IMG/VR virus record: IMGVR_UViG_3300045988_120291 | Location: 1 to 36,226 of that record | Reading direction: 5' to 3' (one strand) | From: a virus | Length of the DNA stretch: 36,226 bases | Shown: one piece after another, positions 1 through 8,132 of the stretch | Layout: every line of letters begins with the position of its first letter | Position numbering within the stretch: position 1 is the first letter of the stretch | Position numbers and translations under genes: made by a program | The notes under the pieces: generated by a model | The model's database searches: none | What the model was told of the DNA's origin: nothing | Seen by the model: only the letters and a program-made list of their open reading frames with translations

Positions 1-55
1 GCCGCACGTTCTTCCTCTGACATTTTAGATTTTTCGTATTCATCCAGCTTTTTCT
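1..55. repeat. 55-bp terminal direct repeat, identical to 36172..36226. This is a circular-assembly overlap, giving a unique genome length of 36171 bp.
   Basis: Direct comparison: gccgcacgttcttcctctgacattttagatttttcgtattcatccagctttttct occurs at both ends of the window. Confidence 0.95.
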
Positions 56-290
56 GTAGCTCATCCGCACGTGCTTTTTCAGCATCAACGCGGCCACTCC
101 ACTCAGCCGAAAGATCATGACGTATTTTATCAACGTCAATATCATTAGTTCCGTTTCCTGACTGTTCACTATCACCCCCTTTCCCTTCCCCGGAATCAGC
201 ACTGTTCTGTGCATTCTCATTCGTTGATTGCACACCGGCGCTGCCGCCTGTTTCCGCGCCCTCAATTGCGCGCAGCAACATCATTCGCAT
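1..290 (-). CDS. Scaffolding protein, 5' (N-terminal) part. The ORF wraps the linearisation point and continues in 36171..35871.
   Basis: ATG at 290..288 lies just after the stop of the MuF-like gene. My translation MRMMLLRAIEGAETGG...ELQKKLDEYEKSKMSEEERAA is open to base 1 and is in frame with the MSEEER ORF at the window end (89 + 107 = 196 aa). The protein is acidic and looks coiled-coil, and sits between the MuF-like and major capsid genes. Confidence 0.6.
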   Translation of the reverse strand, partial: MRMMLLRAIEGAETGGSAGVQSTNENAQNSADSGEGKGGDSEQSGNGTNDIDVDKIRHDLSAEWSGRVDAEKARADELQKKLDEYEKSKMSEEERA

Positions 291-297
291 TGTCTTC

Positions 298-1482
298 TTA
301 TGCACTTACTTTCTTCCTTTCATTCTCAATTGCTTGGTTAAGTCTTTTCTCTGCCCGGCGCGTTATTTCCTTGATTTCGGCGTCGCGCCAATGCCATGGG
401 AAATCGCTATTAAGCCGTGGTGATGCGGTGCGCAGGTATCCGTTTTTGTGCAGGAGGCTGATTGCTAGGTCTGTGTCCCCGTCGGCTCGGCGGTAGATTT
501 CTTCCGGCATGAGGCGCGGCACGGTGGCCATGCGGTGTTTGTAGCCCGGCTTGCGTTCCAGCCTCGCTCGGTAGGCAGCCTTGATGTAGTTGTAGGCGTG
601 CCCACGTTTCGTTGTTCCCTCAGTCGTGGCCACCGGGCGGCCCCGGAAACCATCAGCGGCTACGCTGATTCCCCTGCGGGCGTTGACCACTTGCGCGGGG
701 TCGGCCCCGTCGCGGATCGCGGCGGCACCGGCGCGGGTGAATATCTTATTTTGCTCAGCCTCTGTGAGGGCGTCGAAGTATTCACTCGGATCAAACACCA
801 TATCTTTGATCTCAGGTAGATGCTTGCGCCGGTCAAAGTCGGCAATCGGCACTTGGATACAGTCGCACCCGGGGTGCCGCTGAAAACCTACTGTCGGCGA
901 CCTGTGCATCTTTCCCGCTAGGATTGCGCACCGTGAGCAACACGGCGGCGTGACAGCGCGTATCCACCCGGTTCCTTGACGTCCTAGCATCTGAATGCTT
1001 GTTGATGCCCGCGCGGCGTCGGCAACCGCAGTGCGTGCAGCCATTACTAGGCTGCGTCCTGACTGCTCCCATATGGTTGCCAGTGCCTGCGGCGTGTGTT
1101 CCGGGGCGTCGAAAACCTCAGCAACCCGGCGCGCGTAGGCGTATGGTAATCCCTCTACCGGTCGGCCGTCACCGGCGACACCGGCTAGATTCAGTACTTC
1201 CGGTTCCCATTCCTCAGTGAGCGGCCGGGCTTGCGCTAGAAGCTGCTTATCGACGCCCTCAGCGGCAATGATCGAAGCTTCCAGCTGTGCCGCAGCCATG
1301 CGGTACATTACCTCGTCGAATTGCTGGTCCCACCACACACGGGGGTTCATTGGCTGGTTTCCCCACCCGGCGCGGCGTATCCACTTAGCTAGGTCTGCCC
1401 CAACCTCCGCGGTCGCCATAGCGGTACCGCGGGTTTCTGGCATGAGCTTTTCCCATTGCAGCGATGCAAGCGGTGGCGTCAT
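298..1482 (-). CDS. MuF-like minor capsid / head morphogenesis protein
   Basis: 394-aa ORF directly after the portal gene with a 4-nt overlap. It carries the Cys/His motif CCSRCAILAGK...HPGCDC, typical of SPP1 gp7 / Mu F-like proteins. Confidence 0.65.
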   Translation of the reverse strand: MTPPLASLQWEKLMPETRGTAMATAEVGADLAKWIRRAGWGNQPMNPRVWWDQQFDEVMYRMAAAQLEASIIAAEGVDKQLLAQARPLTEEWEPEVLNLAGVAGDGRPVEGLPYAYARRVAEVFDAPEHTPQALATIWEQSGRSLVMAARTAVADAARASTSIQMLGRQGTGWIRAVTPPCCSRCAILAGKMHRSPTVGFQRHPGCDCIQVPIADFDRRKHLPEIKDMVFDPSEYFDALTEAEQNKIFTRAGAAAIRDGADPAQVVNARRGISVAADGFRGRPVATTEGTTKRGHAYNYIKAAYRARLERKPGYKHRMATVPRLMPEEIYRRADGDTDLAISLLHKNGYLRTASPRLNSDFPWHWRDAEIKEITRRAEKRLNQAIENERKKVSA

Positions 1483-2825
1483 AATAGCGTTTCACCCGGC
1501 GCGGGTTCCGCTGATCGTTCCAGCTTCTCATCCCAGATCAGCTGTTCCTCATCAAGCCAGCGCAATTCCTGTTCAATGCGGGCCTGCGACCAACCCATAC
1601 TATTCAGTGCGCCGCGGACAGATAGCGTTTGCTTGCCCGCGGTGTATTTGCTCACGGCGTCAGCGCGCTGCGACTCAGTGGGGGTTGCGGGGTTGTGCCA
1701 GCCGATACTGATCATGCCGTCGCTATCCCATTCGCGGGTGCGGATTCGCTCAGCGATGCCCAGTACCCATGCCCAGAATGTGCCCATCGTGCTATTGAGG
1801 CGTTCCACCTGTTTCACTAGGCGCGACTCCTCAGCCTTGATAGCACCCTCAGCCGCAGGGTTCGCTGTATTCTGCCCCATCATTCGCACCGGCAAACCGG
1901 TGACCGTGGCCGCTTGTTCTGCCAGCATCTTGATTGTGCTGTGGAAACCGTCTAGCGATGCACCCGGCAGCTGTAATACTTTCGCGTCCGAGTTTGAAAG
2001 CGCAAGCATGGCACCCATGTACATTTCCCATGGATCGCTAATAGGTTCGCCGTCTTCGTCGCGGAAATCATCAGACGAAACACCCAGGGCAACCTTCTGC
2101 GGCGTGGCCACCGTTTCCATTGCTAATTGCAGCTGCAGCATGACGCGACCGCACATGTCCACGATTGGTTTCAGGTCGGTTAATTGTGATTCACCTGCCC
2201 ACACGCCGGATTCTTGCCTGTTCCAGGCCGCTACCACAGGCACGCGCCCAAGGTCGTGCGGTATCCGCAGGCTATCTTCCCACTTACCATTGACTTGACC
2301 AATCAGGATCGTCTGATCAGGCAGATACAGTGTTGACAATACGACCTGTTTTGTCTTCTCACTCCGATACGTGCGCAGGGCCGCGACAGTTTCGCGGGTC
2401 ACCTGGTCAACAAGGATCGACATACAGCGGGGGTTTTCCACCCGGATACGCGGCCGACCACCGTTAGGATCAGCCGCTACCGTTGCGAAACAGCGGCCGT
2501 AGATAAGGAGGTCACGTTGCGCTTTGTGGGATTCCGCGTCAAGGTTGTTCGCGTCCCAGTCCCGCCGCAGTTCCGTATCTTCCACTACGGTTCCCTGCCG
2601 CATTATCAGCCTCACATCCTGCCGCTCCTCCAAGGCGTCTACGTAGGTTCGGCACCAGTTCAGCGGGAAGGCAAAAGGTTGCACATCCGGCGGGATACTG
2701 ATACCCAGGTTTCCAACCACTTGCAAGCCTCGGTAATAGTCGCGGTTCCGTTTATCTGTCTCACGCTGTTTCTGCTGTTCAGCGTAGAGTTTCTGCAGGA
2801 TACCAATTTCTTTTGGTGTGAGCAT
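1479..2825 (-). CDS. Portal protein
   Basis: 448-aa ORF immediately downstream of the terminase. Strong SD GGGAGGTGA upstream of the ATG at 2825. Size and N-terminal features resemble SPP1 gp6-type portals. Confidence 0.8.
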   Translation of the reverse strand: MLTPKEIGILQKLYAEQQKQRETDKRNRDYYRGLQVVGNLGISIPPDVQPFAFPLNWCRTYVDALEERQDVRLIMRQGTVVEDTELRRDWDANNLDAESHKAQRDLLIYGRCFATVAADPNGGRPRIRVENPRCMSILVDQVTRETVAALRTYRSEKTKQVVLSTLYLPDQTILIGQVNGKWEDSLRIPHDLGRVPVVAAWNRQESGVWAGESQLTDLKPIVDMCGRVMLQLQLAMETVATPQKVALGVSSDDFRDEDGEPISDPWEMYMGAMLALSNSDAKVLQLPGASLDGFHSTIKMLAEQAATVTGLPVRMMGQNTANPAAEGAIKAEESRLVKQVERLNSTMGTFWAWVLGIAERIRTREWDSDGMISIGWHNPATPTESQRADAVSKYTAGKQTLSVRGALNSMGWSQARIEQELRWLDEEQLIWDEKLERSAEPAPGETLL

Positions 2826-2829
2826 TTTG

Positions 2830-3561
2830 TCACCTCCCTCGTCGTCGTCCGAATACGGTCATCGTTGATTTACGCTGTTCGCGCCAACCATCCGTTATGG
2901 CGTCCATTGCCGCCTCGTGAGCTATGATCGCAGCCATGGCCGCGTCAATCTTTTGATGATCTTCGGGCTTGCCCAAAATGTACATCTGCCCGGGTTTGGC
3001 CACCTTTTTCGCGTTGGCCATTGCTTCCACAGTGAGTGGGCAGCCGTCATGTTTAATGCGACCTTGCCGTAGGTCCACCTCGAAACGCCGGATCGCCGCG
3101 TACATACGCTTGATTTGGTTTGTCGGCCATTCCAGCACCTGGCATCCCTCGCTGCCGTAGTTCAGTGCCCATTCGCCGATCTCTGAATACCAGTCTTGAG
3201 GGTCGCAGTACATGCGGCGCACCTGATAGCGGTTCATCATTTCATCTACAGCCGCGTGCACTTCATCGCGCGGGATTCGGCCGCCCCATTCTTCCGGCTT
3301 CCAGATTGTCGGCCGCCGATCCGGCCCATACCGCATTGTAAATATCCGGCCGTCGCGGGTCTTCATTTTAAGGGCTGTCCAGTCGTTGTTTTCCGACCCG
3401 TCAAACCCCACGCAGATCGGCGTGCCGTCTGGTGGGTTAGGCATCCATTCCATCATAGGCCCCTTCCCATATTCCATCAGGCAGCCATGCACCAGCACTG
3501 TAGGTGATCTTGTTCCCGAAAAAGCGTTCCGCCTGATCCGGGTCTGTCTCCGACAGCTCAT
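2830..3561 (-). CDS. terL: Terminase large subunit, C-terminal nuclease part. Real coding probably begins near 3462 after a frame change.
   Basis: Contains PPDGTPICVGFDGSENNDW and a downstream acidic motif (YCDPQDW) typical of the RNase H-like terminase nuclease. The ORF overlaps the ATPase ORF by 125 nt in another frame. Confidence 0.75.
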   Translation of the reverse strand: MSCRRQTRIRRNAFSGTRSPTVLVHGCLMEYGKGPMMEWMPNPPDGTPICVGFDGSENNDWTALKMKTRDGRIFTMRYGPDRRPTIWKPEEWGGRIPRDEVHAAVDEMMNRYQVRRMYCDPQDWYSEIGEWALNYGSEGCQVLEWPTNQIKRMYAAIRRFEVDLRQGRIKHDGCPLTVEAMANAKKVAKPGQMYILGKPEDHQKIDAAMAAIIAHEAAMDAITDGWREQRKSTMTVFGRRRGR

Positions 3562-4492
3562 TAGCTTCTGCTAGCACACCGTCAATAGGCACCCACGGGC
3601 TGCCCGTGTAGACGTGCTCTAGGATTTTCCGGCGGTCTGCCTTGCGGGACCATTTAAGCCCCTTTGGTGGCGGCTCGTAGAACTTGAAAACGTCTTCCAC
3701 CGTAGACAAATAGGTTCTCTGCGCCACGCTATTTTCAGACGAATCATATGCGTTGGTGGTTTCCAATGTTCGGCCACCCATACCGGCCGCACCACGGCGT
3801 TGCGCGTCGGCAACTGCCATCATTCTATTTCTTTTGGTCCACAGGCCCGTTTCGTCCTGCAAGACGAATGAGACGGGGTTACCCACACGGCTTGTTGCTG
3901 ATGACGTCACGACGTCGATACGGTCGGCCTTGTCGCCGCCCTCACCGCCAAGAATGCGGATAAACCCCTCACGGTCTGCCAGCCGCTCACTGAGTGGCCC
4001 CAATTCGATCATTGATCGTAAGGGCCTGTAGGTGTTGTCTACCTGATCCTCCGATGTGGCCGTGAGCTGAATCAGTGGTGAAGGGTGCGGCCGCCCCATT
4101 GGTTCGCCCGGCTCATAGAAGTACTCGAAGCCGCATCCACAGCCCCAATCACTGCACTTGTAAACCTCGTCACCCTGTGCCCAGCCGTCAAATTCCGACG
4201 GCCCCACAGCCATGACAGCAACGATAGACGCGGCCGCCGGTCCTTTGCCTGTCTTCTGCGGCCCCATGATCTGAGCGCGGCGATAATGGAAAGCCTGCGA
4301 CCTGAGTGGTTCGCCTTCCCATTTCAGCCCCTCACGAATGCGGCCGAGGTTAGCGAAACACCAAAATTGCCAGTCGGACCACTCGAATGGTTCACCACGC
4401 CGATAGCCGTCTGGTATGCGGCAATGAGCGAAAACCCATGCATCCCATAGGTCGCCAAGGGTGGGAAAGTTCACAACCCATTTCGTGGCCAT
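3437..4492 (-). CDS. terL: Terminase large subunit, N-terminal ATPase part
   Basis: Walker A-like GPQKTGKGP and Walker B-like FVLQDETG. ATG at 4492 overlaps the small terminase stop (TAATG). It ends prematurely at 3437, just before the nuclease domain. Confidence 0.8.
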   Translation of the reverse strand: MATKWVVNFPTLGDLWDAWVFAHCRIPDGYRRGEPFEWSDWQFWCFANLGRIREGLKWEGEPLRSQAFHYRRAQIMGPQKTGKGPAAASIVAVMAVGPSEFDGWAQGDEVYKCSDWGCGCGFEYFYEPGEPMGRPHPSPLIQLTATSEDQVDNTYRPLRSMIELGPLSERLADREGFIRILGGEGGDKADRIDVVTSSATSRVGNPVSFVLQDETGLWTKRNRMMAVADAQRRGAAGMGGRTLETTNAYDSSENSVAQRTYLSTVEDVFKFYEPPPKGLKWSRKADRRKILEHVYTGSPWVPIDGVLAEANELSETDPDQAERFFGNKITYSAGAWLPDGIWEGAYDGMDA

Positions 4493-5019
4493 TACCCACC
4501 TTCCCCATCGTCTTGCGTGACGCCGCGCATACGCCGACGCCGCTGATCCCGGCGCGCCCTGAATGCGTCTGTCGCGTCGGTAACCGCTTCCAGCTCAGGT
4601 GTTGTCTTGATGATCTTCCACTGATTGAGCTGCAGCCCGGAGGGCGTAAGGCCAATAATGTCGGCCAACCGTAGCATCTGAGTGATCAGCGCGGGCTGTG
4701 ACTGCGGGTCTTCACACCGCACAGACAACCTCACATACAGGGCGATTTGCTGCCATAGCCATGGCATTTCTATCCACGCCTCCGCCTGTGGGCATTTCCA
4801 CAGCTTGCGCCATTGCGCTTTCTCACGAACCGTGTTCCGACCTGCCCCTTTTCCTGTTGGCAATGGCCACTCAGGGGCTTTACCGCTCCATCCCTCAGCG
4901 TCGAGGGTGCGCCACCCATCAGTGAGACCTCGACGGTCTGAACGCTTGGAACGCGGGTCGGCCGCCGGTCCGGAACGAATGCGTGCGCCACCACTAGGCA
5001 CCAAATCACCTCCCATCAC
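4492..5019 (-). CDS. terS: Terminase small subunit. The true start is probably the GTG at 5001, after the SD GGGAGGTGA.
   Basis: 175-aa ORF immediately upstream of terL with a 1-nt overlap. It has a basic C-terminus and sits between HNH and terL. Confidence 0.55.
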   Translation of the reverse strand: MMGGDLVPSGGARIRSGPAADPRSKRSDRRGLTDGWRTLDAEGWSGKAPEWPLPTGKGAGRNTVREKAQWRKLWKCPQAEAWIEMPWLWQQIALYVRLSVRCEDPQSQPALITQMLRLADIIGLTPSGLQLNQWKIIKTTPELEAVTDATDAFRARRDQRRRRMRGVTQDDGEGG

Positions 5020-5220
5020 TGGTTAGATCAACTGTTTTTAAATTGTCAAAGCGACACGCCGAACAGCGTGCCGAAACTTAAAATGCAACTTTGCAGGGTT
5101 CAAAAATCCGCAGGCCAAACCCAATTTTTTGAACCATGCGCACCCCCTGCTCACCTCACACCCGGCAAACCTTTTTCGTGTCCGTAGGGTGCTACCCCCC
5201 CCCTTGCGACCCGTTGCCGC

Positions 5221-5580
5221 TCAGTAATTCTTTCGGTACGGGGTCATAATGACCGCCGCATGTCTACTGTTACACGCGCGACAAAGCACTGTCAAGACCT
5301 GCCCCGCGTCGCCACCCTCCACCAACGCATCGTTGTGTTGCGCGGTTAGGTCTGCCGCCGGGTGCGGCGGCACCCCGTATCCAGGGCACCAATCACCGTG
5401 CCTCTGCCGCCACTCAGCAACAACAGCGGCGCGGCGGCGGCGCGTTCGACGCGCGTCCATCTTTGTCGGCCCCTGCGCATGTCGCCGCTCAACCTCCGCC
5501 GCGTGCTCACGACACCGGCCACGGTATACGGCTACCTGTGGGCAACCATCTTCGAAGCACGGGCGTGGTGCGCGTGGCAT
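5221..5580 (-). CDS. HNH endonuclease (terminase-associated)
   Basis: 119-aa Cys/His-rich ORF (CPQVAVYRGRCREH ... QHNDALVEGG ... CRACN) upstream of the terminase genes. Confidence 0.75.
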   Translation of the reverse strand: MPRAPRPCFEDGCPQVAVYRGRCREHAAEVERRHAQGPTKMDARRTRRRRAAVVAEWRQRHGDWCPGYGVPPHPAADLTAQHNDALVEGGDAGQVLTVLCRACNSRHAAVIMTPYRKNY

Positions 5581-5660
5581 TGGTGCCGCCTCTCATCTTC
5601 ATCAAAAAGCTTGATGCCCGCACCCGGCATGATTGCGGGTTGCTGGTTTGGGTGCAGGCG

Positions 5661-5719
5661 TTTTAAAACCCCCTTTTGGGCAAACACAGGATTGGAACTG
5701 TGTGCCCCTAAAGGGGGTT
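5661..5719 (-). terminator. Long imperfect hairpin followed by a T run on the minus strand. Candidate intrinsic terminator between the early and late operons.
   Basis: AACCCCCTTT (5667..5676) pairs with AAAGGGGGTT (5710..5719). Inner arms GGGCAAACACAG / CTGTGTGCCC also pair, with loop gattggaa. The minus strand continues with TTTTAAAA. Confidence 0.45.
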
Positions 5720-5812
5720 GTGGTAGTGGGGGCCTCACGCTAGTGGGTGTCCAGTCCGATCAGCGGGGCCTCACGCACTAACGACAGTCTACACATACCA
5801 GCGTTACACTTG

Positions 5813-6472
5813 TCAACTCTTCACCCGTTTCAGCACGTCACCAATGTTAACGCGGCCCGCCCCATCAACACGCACATGCCCCCGCGCTATCCACTGCCGC
5901 AGCGTCCCCGGCTTCACATCAACGGCGAACAGCGTGCGCAACACATCCACAGCTACACTTCGCGCCACCCACTCAACCACAGCGTCCCCGATCTTGTCGG
6001 AACTCACGGGCGCTTGATCCATGCCTAATCGGCGCTCAAACCGGCCCACAGCCGCATCAAACCCATTAACCGCATCAATCACCCTCACATCGCCCCCCAA
6101 CCCGTCTATGAGGCTCACAGCGCCTGATTCAACAACACCGGCCGCATACTCACACATCATGCACGCCATACGCCTCACCCGGCCCGCATCACGCAGACTA
6201 GGAACCACCTCAGCCCCGATCAACGAACCGACCATCAAACCCAGCCCCTCAGCAACCGTGATCCGATCATCCACCAAACCAATGTTGCACGGCGGCCGCG
6301 AACCAAACCCACCACCATGCACGCCCCCATCAGATGAACCACTCACCCCGAACTCATTGATCAACTCACACTCACCCCACCAATCACGAACAAACTCACA
6401 ACAAGAAAGAAACCTATCAAGGGAAACATCACAAGAAGACAAAACAAAACCCTTAGAAAGAACAACCAACAA
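5813..6472 (-). CDS. Putative DNA-binding protein with a C-terminal MerR/excisionase-like HTH. Start codon uncertain.
   Basis: The C-terminus VDVKPGTLRQWIARGHVRVDGAGRVNIGDVLK looks like an HTH. The ORF-track start is a TTG directly after an in-frame stop. The coding strand is extremely G+T-rich. Confidence 0.4.
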   Translation of the reverse strand: MLVVLSKGFVLSSCDVSLDRFLSCCEFVRDWWGECELINEFGVSGSSDGGVHGGGFGSRPPCNIGLVDDRITVAEGLGLMVGSLIGAEVVPSLRDAGRVRRMACMMCEYAAGVVESGAVSLIDGLGGDVRVIDAVNGFDAAVGRFERRLGMDQAPVSSDKIGDAVVEWVARSVAVDVLRTLFAVDVKPGTLRQWIARGHVRVDGAGRVNIGDVLKRVKS

Positions 6473-6540
6473 CTACAGGTAGTAGCTTACCAAAATCTCT
6501 ATTCCAGTAAAGAACATTGAAGGTAGTAATAAAGGTCTCC

Positions 6541-6565
6541 CCGACCCGACCCGACCCGACCCGAC
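6541..6565. repeat. Pentanucleotide tandem repeat (CCGAC)x5
   Basis: ccgacccgacccgacccgacccgac read directly, flanked by partial units. Confidence 0.9.
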
Positions 6566-6816
6566 CCGGTGGCAATGAAATAACCCACCCCTCCACCTTG
6601 GACATGTCCAGGCCACGTTACCCAACATGCTACCTGGTTTTGCGCACACCAAACCGGCGACCACCAAAAGGACAGTTTTCACCCAATCCACGCAAACGCC
6701 GAAAAAAAATCGCAAGCTACGCCACCATCTCGGCAACGCAACTTAAAAAAGACAAAGCTTCGCCAAATATAATCAGCAAAGCTTTTCAACAAAAGCGTTC
6801 GCCATGAGCTAAACCA

Positions 6817-7026
6817 CTACCGGCCGGTACTAGTCGCCTCACCACAGATCAGCCGCACTACACGACCCCGGCCACCGGCTACACGACGCCAAGCCACAAA
6901 AGACCCGGCGCGCCAATGGAGGGCACCCTTTTCCGCAGCCACCTGGCAAGGCCACGGACACGGAGACGCCGCACCGCGTTGGATACGCGGCCGCTCATTT
7001 CGTGCGTTAGTTTCCAATATTGTCAT
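6817..7026 (-). CDS. Hypothetical small Arg-rich protein (weak call)
   Basis: 69-aa ORF whose ATG overlaps the upstream stop as ATGA, suggesting translational coupling. No recognisable motif. Confidence 0.3.
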   Translation of the reverse strand: MTILETNARNERPRIQRGAASPCPWPCQVAAEKGALHWRAGSFVAWRRVAGGRGRVVRLICGEATSTGR

Positions 7027-8132
7027 CGCCTTTTTCGTTCGCTCATGCTGGTTTGCTGAGTCCGGCCATATGCGCGGCCACCATGGGTGTTCCCTAGATT
7101 CCTCGGGTTTACTGCGGTCGTGTTCCCGCCACCGGCAGAACCTACACCCCTCCTCGGTTTTACGCTTCCCATACGGGGGCCACCGTCAGAGTTGGTTTTA
7201 CGCTGCGTTTTTCCGGCGCGCCGTTGCCTTCCGTTTGCCTGCCTTCCGCTTTCGCCACGGTCTTTATCAGGATCAGACGCCACCATATTAAACCGCTGGC
7301 TGCGGCTAGGTGACTCATGGTCGGCTTTCTTTCTTCTAGTAGTTACCTTTTTCGTGTGCGGGGTTTCCCAGGCGTGGTTTCGCGGGGAATCCTCTATCAA
7401 TGCGCAATCCTTTTTATCGTCGAGGGGATTAGGCACATTGAGTTTTCGGGCCACACGGCTCGTTACGCTAGGCCATTTGCTCAATTGCTCTACCAGACCC
7501 GGGCCGTAAACCGGCTGGACCGGCGGGTCTAGGAGTGGGAACTCCTCATCAGGGTTAACCGAAGCGGCACGGCCTTCATTGCACGCAGAACATGCAACAA
7601 CGAAAGTGGCCGGTGTCGTCGGCGAGTCTATATCTCGATGGTCGAAAGTCTGTCCTCGATCAGACCGGGTATCGCCCCATACGACATCGACGCCGCAATA
7701 CCTACACTGGTCCCCATCCCTAAACAGAACAGGAACCACAAGAGAAGCCTTACGGCGATCGTTCTTCCTTTTATCTGCCTTCTTCTTATCATCCGACCTA
7801 ATCAGGTGCACAAAATTGACGTCATCCAGCAGCATGTAGGTTTTAACATCCCCATCATCACTCTGACCATGGGGGAGCTTTGGGGTGAGCACCCCAATAG
7901 CAATTAGGTCGTTAATAACCTCTTGATGACCCGCAATGCCGACAGTCTGAATAACCATACCTTTGGTCACCTCATAATCTGTCCAAGCCACTGCGGAAGA
8001 AATAAACAAGGCCGTAGTAACGCCCTTGAGTTTGATCACCAGAGACTCATCTCCTCTAGTCGCGGCCAATTCAGCCGCCCACATCCAAACCTTGTGGTCA
8101 TTGAAAGTATCGGAAAATCGTGCCCAGGACAT
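7023..8132 (-). CDS. HNH-motif protein with a long basic, low-complexity C-terminal tail. A replication or recombination role is possible.
   Basis: 369-aa ORF with RDGDQCRYCG ... FDHRDI ... ACSACN (HNH-like). The C-terminal ~120 aa are rich in R/K/G/S. Confidence 0.65.
   Translation of the reverse strand: MSWARFSDTFNDHKVWMWAAELAATRGDESLVIKLKGVTTALFISSAVAWTDYEVTKGMVIQTVGIAGHQEVINDLIAIGVLTPKLPHGQSDDGDVKTYMLLDDVNFVHLIRSDDKKKADKRKNDRRKASLVVPVLFRDGDQCRYCGVDVVWGDTRSDRGQTFDHRDIDSPTTPATFVVACSACNEGRAASVNPDEEFPLLDPPVQPVYGPGLVEQLSKWPSVTSRVARKLNVPNPLDDKKDCALIEDSPRNHAWETPHTKKVTTRRKKADHESPSRSQRFNMVASDPDKDRGESGRQANGRQRRAGKTQRKTNSDGGPRMGSVKPRRGVGSAGGGNTTAVNPRNLGNTHGGRAYGRTQQTSMSERKRR

Noticed and set aside
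1456-2298. 280-aa plus-strand ORF
   Set aside because: It is antisense to the portal gene. Its Ser/Cys/Arg-rich composition is typical of shadow ORFs in GC-rich DNA.
5249-5781. Plus-strand ORFs of 121, 139 and 67 aa
   Set aside because: They are antisense to the HNH gene or run across the terminator hairpin. They are Arg/Ala/Cys-rich shadow frames with no SD.
6541-6565. Possible CRISPR array, considering the short tandem repeats and the repeat A / repeat B pairs
   Set aside because: The pentamer repeat has no spacers. Repeats A and B occur only twice, are 76-148 bp long, are separated by kilobases of coding DNA and contain promoter or hairpin features. Nothing here resembles a repeat-spacer array.
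6473-6736. 87-aa minus-strand ORF containing VGSGRVGSGR
   Set aside because: The repeated peptide is simply the (CCGAC)x5 tandem repeat translated. There is no SD, and the ORF ends at a stop in frame with the next ORF. It is treated as non-coding, with low certainty.
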